Below, piece after piece: positions 58,170 through 64,000 of a DNA stretch of 64,000 nucleotides. The position numbers and the translations under genes are program-made. The first letter of the stretch is position 1; each line of letters opens with the position of its first letter. Under the pieces are notes generated by a model. The model searched no databases. It was not told where the DNA came from and saw only the letters and a program-made list of their open reading frames with translations. The stretch is from an uncultured Acidobacteriota bacterium. Its GTDB lineage: Bacteria; Acidobacteriota; Thermoanaerobaculia; Multivoradales; UBA5704. The stretch covers positions 2,336,001 to 2,400,000 of the forward strand of contig CAVYRF010000002.1 of assembly GCA_963770895.1 (NCBI GenBank), read 5' to 3'.

Positions 58170-59375
58170 ATGGACGGATCGACGAGCAGCAAGGTGATAG
58201 CGGCGGAGGTGCGGGGGCTCAGGGAGGGGTGCGGGCTGGTGGAGCGGAGCTGGGTCGAGTGCCTGGAGCTTCGCGGCGCCGACCGCCAGCGGTTTCTGAA
58301 TGCGTACGTGACCTGCGACGTCAAGGGGCTGAAGGCGGGGGAGGGGGTGTATGGGTTCCTGACCAATCCGCAGGGTCGGGTGCTCGCGGACCTGGAGGTG
58401 CTGGCTGCCGCGGATTGGCTTTGGGCCGTCCTGCCGGCAGGGCAGGTGCAGGCGGTGAACGAGCACCTGCGGCGGTACGTGATCGCGGATCGCGTCGAGT
58501 TTGTCCGCCGCGACCCCGCCGCAGCGGCGGCCGATGCGGCGGCGCCTTTGGTGGCGCTGACGCTGGCCGGACCGCGGGCGGACGCGGCGATGGCGGAGCT
58601 GGCGCCGGGAGTGGCGCTGCCGGTGGCGGTGTGGCATCACGTAGGTGCCACGGTGGCGGACGTCCAGGTGGTGGTGGAGCGGACCGGGCGGCTGGGGGTG
58701 CCGGCGGTGACGCTGTGGACGCCTGGCCCGGAGGCGGCGCGGCTGCGGGATGCCCTGCTGGCGTGCCAGGGCGTCTCGCCGGTGAGCCGCGAAGCGTGCG
58801 AGGTGGTCAGGGTCGAAGCGGGGATCGCCCGGTTCGGTCAGGACTTTGGGCCGCAGAACTTCCCGCAGGAGACCGGTGCCGCAGACGCGGTGAGCTACAC
58901 CAAGGGGTGCTACCTGGGGCAGGAGGTGGTGGCCCGCATCCACTACCGGGGCGGCGTGCAAAAGATGCTATGCGGCCTGCTCTTCGACGAGACCCCGCGG
59001 GGTGGGGACGCCAGTGGCGCGCCGGCCAGCCCATCGGCCAACCTGGAAGGCGGGACACCGGAACATGGCACTCCGCTGCTGTACGAGGGGCGGGAGGCGG
59101 GGCGGGTTGGCACCGCGGTGCGCTCGCCGGCTTCGGGCAGGTCGATCGGCCTTGCCATCCTGCACCGCCGCGCGGCCGAGCCGGGGACTCGCCTGGACGT
59201 GGCTGTGGCGGTCCCCGCCGGTGGCGGTGAGGTGGCAGCCGCGGCGGCCGTGACGGGCGAAGGAGCTGCGCCCGCCGCCGCTGGCGGCCAGACTGCACCC
59301 GGCGGCGAGCCACCTGCCGGCCACGGTTGGCGCGGCAGCGCCCAGGTGTGTGCGCTGCCGTTTGGCCCTGCCTGA
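58170..59375 (+). CDS. ygfZ: YgfZ/GcvT-family folate-binding Fe-S maturation protein
   Basis: GAD..RFL...VTCDV, RVEAG, SYTKGCYLGQEVVARIHYRG signature. The ATG is 6 nt after TAGACT (leaderless-like). Confidence 0.9.
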   Translation: MDGSTSSKVIAAEVRGLREGCGLVERSWVECLELRGADRQRFLNAYVTCDVKGLKAGEGVYGFLTNPQGRVLADLEVLAAADWLWAVLPAGQVQAVNEHLRRYVIADRVEFVRRDPAAAAADAAAPLVALTLAGPRADAAMAELAPGVALPVAVWHHVGATVADVQVVVERTGRLGVPAVTLWTPGPEAARLRDALLACQGVSPVSREACEVVRVEAGIARFGQDFGPQNFPQETGAADAVSYTKGCYLGQEVVARIHYRGGVQKMLCGLLFDETPRGGDASGAPASPSANLEGGTPEHGTPLLYEGREAGRVGTAVRSPASGRSIGLAILHRRAAEPGTRLDVAVAVPAGGGEVAAAAAVTGEGAAPAAAGGQTAPGGEPPAGHGWRGSAQVCALPFGPA

Positions 59376-59397
59376 GACGGTTCTAGAGGACGGGGAC

Positions 59398-59434
59398 AAA
59401 AACCAAGCGGCCCGCTTGCCGAGCGGACCGCTTG
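59398..59434 (-). terminator. Rho-independent terminator for the iscA transcript
   Basis: Minus strand CAAGCGGTCCGCT-CGGCA-AGCGGGCCGCTTG followed by GTTTTT. Confidence 0.75.
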
Positions 59435-59507
59435 TCAGCCTGGTGCGTGAGGCCGCGTTGGTCACCAGATTGCGCCGGATTGCTCCCGGCGGCGTGGTGG
59501 TCGCGGG

Positions 59508-59900
59508 TCAGACCGCGAACGAAGAGCCGCAGCCGCAGGTGCCGGTGGCGCGCGGATTGTTGAACTTGAAGCCCGCGCCGCTCATGCCGAGCACGTAGTC
59601 GACGGTGGTGCCTTCGAGGTACCGGGCGCTCACCGGGTCCACGAAGAGCGTGAGCCCGTGCTGCTGGTAGACGTAGTCGTTTTCCCGCGGCTCGCTCTCG
59701 AAGTCGAGCGCGTATTCAAAGCCGCTACAGCCACCGCCGCGCACCGCCACGCGCAGACCGTGGCTGGGATCGATACTCTCTTGATCGCGGGTGATCTTCA
59801 CCATATCGACCGCCTTGGCGGTCATGAGCACCGGCGTGTCCTCAAGCTCCGAGGACGGCCCAGGCGCTTCCGGCGCCGGCTGATTCTGTAGGGATTCCAT
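59508..59900 (-). CDS. iscA: A-type Fe-S carrier (IscA/HesB/ErpA family)
   Basis: LRVAVRGGGCSGFEY, FKFNNP..TGTCGCGSSF; GGAAGGAG RBS. Confidence 0.93.
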   Translation of the reverse strand: MESLQNQPAPEAPGPSSELEDTPVLMTAKAVDMVKITRDQESIDPSHGLRVAVRGGGCSGFEYALDFESEPRENDYVYQQHGLTLFVDPVSARYLEGTTVDYVLGMSGAGFKFNNPRATGTCGCGSSFAV

Positions 59901-59975
59901 GCGGTTCTCCTTCCCTTCGCGGTTTCCAAGATAGCCCTCCACCCCTCCAATGTCAAACAGCTGCCGGCCTGCGAT

Positions 59976-60458
59976 TTATGCCTGCGGCGGCGGGATTGGG
60001 GTGGTGGTGACCTTTTCGCTGTTGATTCCAACCTTGACGAACTTGCCGATCGACGGCACCCGGAAGATGTACTGCGGCTCCTCGGTGGCAGGGTGCGTGA
60101 CCTGCCAGCGCACGGTCGTCGCGGTGATGTCGCCGATGTAGCCGGCCTGGTTCTTGATCGCTGCCGCACGGATGATGCCGAAACGCAGCGGCAGCGGGAT
60201 CGGATCTGACTCCAGGAAGATGTCGTGCACCAGCTGCGGAGCGGTGAATTGAAAGTTCTTGCTGTACAGGAACACGGTTTCGGCCCGCCGCGGCGGGTCC
60301 GCCGGGATGCCGTACACCAGCCGCCAGTCGTAGGTGTCCGCGCCCTGCACCCAGGGCGAGTCGGCCTCCAGAAACACCGCGCTGGGATAGGCACCTTGGA
60401 CGATGCGGGTGCCGTTGTTGAGCACCACGAAAAACGGATCGACGATCTGCTCGCTCAT
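59976..60458 (-). CDS. Hypothetical beta-rich protein (160 aa)
   Basis: Non-shadow composition, C/G-ending codons, AAGGA upstream. No family recognised. Confidence 0.7.
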   Translation of the reverse strand: MSEQIVDPFFVVLNNGTRIVQGAYPSAVFLEADSPWVQGADTYDWRLVYGIPADPPRRAETVFLYSKNFQFTAPQLVHDIFLESDPIPLPLRFGIIRAAAIKNQAGYIGDITATTVRWQVTHPATEEPQYIFRVPSIGKFVKVGINSEKVTTTPIPPPQA

Positions 60459-60482
60459 CCTTGCCAGTTCCTTCTGCCGGCA

Positions 60483-60506
60483 GGGCGCCCCTCCGTGGGG
60501 ACGCCT
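60483..60506 (-). other. Stem-loop between the precursor peptide gene and the 160-aa gene
   Basis: Minus strand GGCGTCCC-CACGGA-GGGGCGCC (one G-U pair), a few nt after the peptide stop. Confidence 0.55.
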
Positions 60507-60512
60507 CGCTTG

Positions 60513-60671
60513 CTAGCGTTTGGGTGCAACCGGCGGCGCGCACTCGGGGCAGGTGTAAAACGCCGGCACCGAGAAATGGCCTCCCAGGACGTTGCCCAGG
60601 CTGCCATCCTGGAGCGCGGCGATCGTTTCAGCGTGCAGCGAAAGCTTCAGGTACGAGGCGTTCTTTTTCAT
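60513..60671 (-). CDS. Putative RiPP precursor peptide with double-glycine leader (52 aa; not in ORF track)
   Basis: Hand translation MKKNASYLKLSLHAETIAALQDGSLGNVLGG|HFSVPAFYTCPECAPPVAPKR*; strong RBS GAAAGGGAG 8 nt upstream of the ATG. Confidence 0.75.
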   Translation of the reverse strand: MKKNASYLKLSLHAETIAALQDGSLGNVLGGHFSVPAFYTCPECAPPVAPKR

Positions 60672-60824
60672 GAGTTGTTCTCCCTTTCAGGCTTGTCCTA
60701 CAAGAGAAGGTGTGGGCCGAACCCGAAGGCGGGACCCCGCCAAGCCGAGACCGGACCTTGCGGATGAGACGCTGGCGGGGCTGGGGGCGGCCAGGGGGCT
60801 TGGGGTTGGCGGTATGATGCGCCG

Positions 60825-61517
60825 GTGATCCGGGCGATCCTGTTTGACTTCAACGGCATCCTGGTCGACGACGAGCCCATCCATCTGGAGATGTTTCAGC
60901 GAGTGCTGGCGGAGGAGGGGATCGAGCTGACGGCCGCGGCATATTACGAGCGGTACCTGGGATTCGACGACCGGGGCTGTTTTGCGGCGGTGCTGGAAGG
61001 TGCTGGCGAGGTGCCTTCGGTGCCGCGGTTGATGCGGCTGAGCGCGCGCAAGGCGGCTTACTACCAGGAGCGCATTCGCGGCGGCGGATACCCGCTGTTT
61101 CCCGGCGCTTTCGAGCTGGTGCGGGCGGCGGCCGGCGCCGGGCTGATGCTGGGGGTGGTGAGCGGCGCGCTGCGTGAAGAGGTGGAGGGGGCCCTGCGCC
61201 AGGCGGGGGTGGCGGACTTCTTCAAGGCGCTGGTCACGGCGGACGACGTGGAGCGGGGCAAGCCCGACCCCGAAGGGTACCGGCGGGCTCTCGAAGCGCT
61301 CAACGGACTGCCGCCGCTGCCGGAACGGCTGCTGCATCCGCACGAAGTGGTGGCGATCGAGGACAGCCCCGCCGGGCTGGCGGCGGCGGCGGAGGTCGGC
61401 CTGACAACGCTGGGCATCGCCCATACCTACCCGGTGGCCACGCTCAGCAGCGCCGATGCCGTGGTCGAGAGCCTGCAGGGGCTCGATCTGGCGGGGCTTG
61501 CGGCGCTGTTCGGCTGA
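60825..61517 (+). CDS. HAD-family phosphatase
   Basis: ILFDFNGILVD (motif I variant), VVSG, GKPDPEGY, IEDSPAG. Confidence 0.9.
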   Translation: MIRAILFDFNGILVDDEPIHLEMFQRVLAEEGIELTAAAYYERYLGFDDRGCFAAVLEGAGEVPSVPRLMRLSARKAAYYQERIRGGGYPLFPGAFELVRAAAGAGLMLGVVSGALREEVEGALRQAGVADFFKALVTADDVERGKPDPEGYRRALEALNGLPPLPERLLHPHEVVAIEDSPAGLAAAAEVGLTTLGIAHTYPVATLSSADAVVESLQGLDLAGLAALFG

Positions 61518-61545
61518 TCCGCCCCTCAGCTCATCGTGCAGCTCA

Positions 61546-61905
61546 TCAATTGATGGGGATGCGGCCGCCGAAGCCTTCTTCGTAGGTGTGAAAGAAGGCG
61601 ACGGTCTCTTCGGGAAAGCGCCAGCAGTAGTAGCCGTCGCCGCTGTCCCAATCCACCAGCCACAGGCCCTTGACGTGGCAGCCGACGGAGGTGATCTCCC
61701 GCGCCCAGGCGCGCACGATCTCTTCGCAGGCGGCTTCCAGCTCCTGCCGCCGGGATTCCATCTCTTCGCGGCTGGCCAGGGAGGTCATCACCGCTTCGAC
61801 GCGGCGCACCGCCGACGCCGTAAGGTCGCGGACGGCGGGAAAGGTGGCCAGCGCCTCGTCGTAGGAGAAGACGCGACCGCCCTGACGCTGGCGGGGTTCG
61901 CTCAT
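61546..61905 (-). CDS. DUF2203-family protein
   Basis: FSYDEA..FP, GCHVKGLWLVDW, YYCWRFPE..FFH..EEGFGGRIPI. Confidence 0.85.
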   Translation of the reverse strand: MSEPRQRQGGRVFSYDEALATFPAVRDLTASAVRRVEAVMTSLASREEMESRRQELEAACEEIVRAWAREITSVGCHVKGLWLVDWDSGDGYYCWRFPEETVAFFHTYEEGFGGRIPIN

Positions 61906-61972
61906 CGCCGCCAACGATATCAGAGCGCGCCGGCGCGGGTTTTGGCGCGGTGGCAGGGGGCTTGGCGCGCGA

Positions 61973-62419
61973 TCAGAACGCTTTGCCGGTGGCGCCGGGA
62001 AACGGGATGGGCTGGTTGCCGGCGTCGACGTGCACGTAGACCACTTCTGCTTCGGTGACCTTGACCCTGCCGCTGCCGCGATTGCCGCGGGCGGCCTCGA
62101 CGCCGCGGTCCGCGGCGACCGTGACCTTGACGGTGACCGAGGTCCGGCCCAGCCGCAGGGTTTCGGTATAGAAGCTGACCAGGTCGCCGACGAAGACGGG
62201 CGCATGAAACACCACTTCGCGCATGGCGACGGTCACCAGTCGTCCGGCGCCATGGCGATGTCCCTCCACCGCCCCCGCCTGGTCGATGTAGGACAGGATG
62301 ATGCCGCCGAAGATGGTGCCCAGGGCATTGGTGTCCTTGGGCATGAGGATCACCCGGATGGCGGGCTGCAGCGGACCGCTGCCGTGCGGCGTCGGATTGG
62401 ACACGTCGGTTGCGGCCAT
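61973..62419 (-). CDS. Acyl-CoA thioesterase (hotdog fold, YciA-like)
   Basis: [43 protein letters not shown]. Confidence 0.92.
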   Translation of the reverse strand: MAATDVSNPTPHGSGPLQPAIRVILMPKDTNALGTIFGGIILSYIDQAGAVEGHRHGAGRLVTVAMREVVFHAPVFVGDLVSFYTETLRLGRTSVTVKVTVAADRGVEAARGNRGSGRVKVTEAEVVYVHVDAGNQPIPFPGATGKAF

Positions 62420-62514
62420 CGATGGGCGCCCCTTTCGGCGGCAGGCATTTGCGGCGGCCCGAGGGTGGCGGCCGTCATGGTATCGTGGCGAAAAATCGTC
62501 CCCAGATCGCGGGA

Positions 62515-63126
62515 ATGGATCCTACCTCATCTCAGACCGCCCCCTGGGCGCAGCTGTCCGACGCGGCCCTGCTGCGGCACATCGGCGAGCGGCAGCCGGA
62601 AGCCCTCGACCAGCTGTACGACCGCTTCGCGCCCACCCTGCTGGCGCTCATCAACCGCATCCTGCGCGGCAGCGCCGACGCCGAGGACGTGCTGCAGGAG
62701 GTGTTCGTCCAGGTGTGGAACCGCGGCGGCCTCTACGATCCGGCGCGCTCTTCGGTCGGCACCTGGCTGGTGCTGATCGCCCGCAGCCGCGCCATCGACC
62801 GTTTGCGCAGCCGCAAGGTGATCGAACGGGTGCATGACGCCACCGCCCAATCCCAGGGGTCGCTGGCAGGCGTTGGGCCGTATACATCCTCCGAGGCAGT
62901 GGAGAACGTATTGATCCAGGAACGTCGTGAGCGGGTGCGGCGTGAACTGGAGGAGTTGCCCGAAGAGCAGCGCCAGGTATTGGAAATGGCATTCTATCAA
63001 GGACTTACGCAGAGCGAGATCGCTTCGACGACGGGCCTGCCGCTGGGCACGGTCAAGACCCGCACCCTGCTCGCCATGCGCAAGCTGCGCAACGGTCTGC
63101 GCGCCGAGATCCGCGAGCTGCTATGA
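62515..63126 (+). CDS. ECF RNA polymerase sigma factor (SigK-like)
   Basis: [48 protein letters not shown]. Confidence 0.92.
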   Translation: MDPTSSQTAPWAQLSDAALLRHIGERQPEALDQLYDRFAPTLLALINRILRGSADAEDVLQEVFVQVWNRGGLYDPARSSVGTWLVLIARSRAIDRLRSRKVIERVHDATAQSQGSLAGVGPYTSSEAVENVLIQERRERVRRELEELPEEQRQVLEMAFYQGLTQSEIASTTGLPLGTVKTRTLLAMRKLRNGLRAEIRELL

Positions 63127-64000
63127 ACGTCTCCGCCACCTCGGAAGAGCAGGCGCTGCTGGCGGTGCTGACCGCTCTCGAAGCAGCCGAAGGGAGCGAC
63201 GTGCGGCTCGCCGCCCTGCCGGCCAGCCTGGCCGGTGCCGCCGCCGCCGCCGAGCAGGCCGGCGACGCGACGACCGAAACGTTGACGCGCCTGTTCCAGG
63301 AGCTGCTGGGGTTGGTGCCGTTCGCCTTGCCGCCGCTCTCTCCCAGCCCCAAGGTGAAGCGCCGCCTGCTGGCGGCCATCGCGCAGACGGAAGTCGCGGC
63401 GCTGCCGGTGCAGGCCGCGTCAGCGGCGCCGGACATGGCCGCCGCGGCGGTGGCGCCAGGGGGGCCGGCTGGTTCGGCGCCCGTGGCGCAGCTGGCGCCC
63501 CCGGCAGGCCCCGCAGCCGCGGCGCCCCCGGCGGTCCAGAAGACCGCGGCGACCGCGGCGACGATCCTGGCGACCCCTACGACCCCGCGGACCCCGCCCC
63601 CGGCGACCCCGGAAATCGGCGTGGCGCCCATCGCCGCCCAGGCCCCACTCGCGTTTCCCGCCGCTGCCGCGCGCTCTCCCCGCCGATGGAACCCGCCGCT
63701 GGCAATGGCCGCGGGGCTCATCCTGGCGCTGCTGGGCGCCTGCGCCTGGCTCTACCACGGCCTGCAGACCCAGGGTGAGACCATCGCGCGCCTGAACGCC
63801 GAGCGCAATCAGGCGCTCCAGCACCTGGACCAGATGGAGTCCCGCATGTCGCGCTTGACCACCGAGGTCAGCGACATGCGCTCCAACTTCTCGGTGGTCA
63901 CCTCGCCCGCGGTGGAGGTCTGCTCGATGCGTCCGGTCGCCCAGGGCATGGGCGACGTGCACGGCATCCTGTTCGTCGCCGCCGACCACCAGCACTGGTA
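63123..64000 (+). CDS. Anti-sigma factor (RskA-like), 3'-partial; not in ORF track
   Basis: The ATG overlaps the sigma stop (ATGA). Frame is open to the window end: PSPKVKRRLLAAI, Ala/Pro linker, RRWNPPLAMAAGLILALLG TM, coiled coil, periplasmic domain start. Confidence 0.82.
   Translation, partial: MNVSATSEEQALLAVLTALEAAEGSDVRLAALPASLAGAAAAAEQAGDATTETLTRLFQELLGLVPFALPPLSPSPKVKRRLLAAIAQTEVAALPVQAASAAPDMAAAAVAPGGPAGSAPVAQLAPPAGPAAAAPPAVQKTAATAATILATPTTPRTPPPATPEIGVAPIAAQAPLAFPAAAARSPRRWNPPLAMAAGLILALLGACAWLYHGLQTQGETIARLNAERNQALQHLDQMESRMSRLTTEVSDMRSNFSVVTSPAVEVCSMRPVAQGMGDVHGILFVAADHQHW

Noticed and set aside
57692-58366. N-terminal 225-aa Gly/Arg-rich extension of ORF 55784-58366
   Set aside because: It simply reads through the polypurine tract and overlaps ygfZ. 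A signal peptide and RBS place the start at 57691.
60710-60785. Faint resemblance to a c-di-GMP-I riboswitch (GGGC..CGAAGG..GGGAC..GCCAAGCC..GCGGGG)
   Set aside because: It lacks the conserved GGCAAAC and GCAAAGC elements, and the HAD gene's apparent -10 lies downstream of it. An Infernal/Rfam scan would be needed.

Overview
High-GC bacterial chromosomal window. The gene content (VWFA-type and GWxTD-like proteins, an alternative complex III + caa3 oxidase cluster, a repeated lineage-type secreted domain) suggests Acidobacteriota, possibly Thermoanaerobaculia; this is an inference. It opens in the 3' half of an IS630 element that has inserted into a VWA gene. Next come a methyltransferase/GNAT/hypothetical/TetR block, a divergent MacB-like ABC exporter and secreted proteins. 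A long minus-strand run follows: xseA-xseB, a GT-C-like membrane protein, DUF2007, a rhomboid, a cysM-JAB-(ubiquitin-like::E1-rhodanese) sulfur-carrier operon and an S10 peptidase. Further on are a solo OLD-like ABC-ATPase/TOPRIM gene, a GWxTD-like/VWA protein, a Cys-ladder secreted peptide, an ankyrin protein and yhaM. A complete respiratory island (ctaM/SCO/cyoE divergent from actABCDEF(G)-SCO-cox subunits II, I, III, IV) carries a Rex/CRP-type operator. The window ends with a CzcBAC-type RND pump, a secreted phospholipase-A2-like protein, ygfZ/iscA and an ECF sigma/anti-sigma pair. Best candidates for novelty: (1) a 52-aa double-glycine RiPP-like precursor missing from the ORF track (60513-60671), with a downstream hairpin and an unknown 160-aa partner; (2) a ~110-aa domain present three times on secreted proteins, twice as a tandem pair in front of an sPLA2-like module; (3) a CysO-like sulfur carrier fused through its di-Gly to its E1 enzyme, next to a JAB protease. 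No rRNA, tRNA or CRISPR array was seen.
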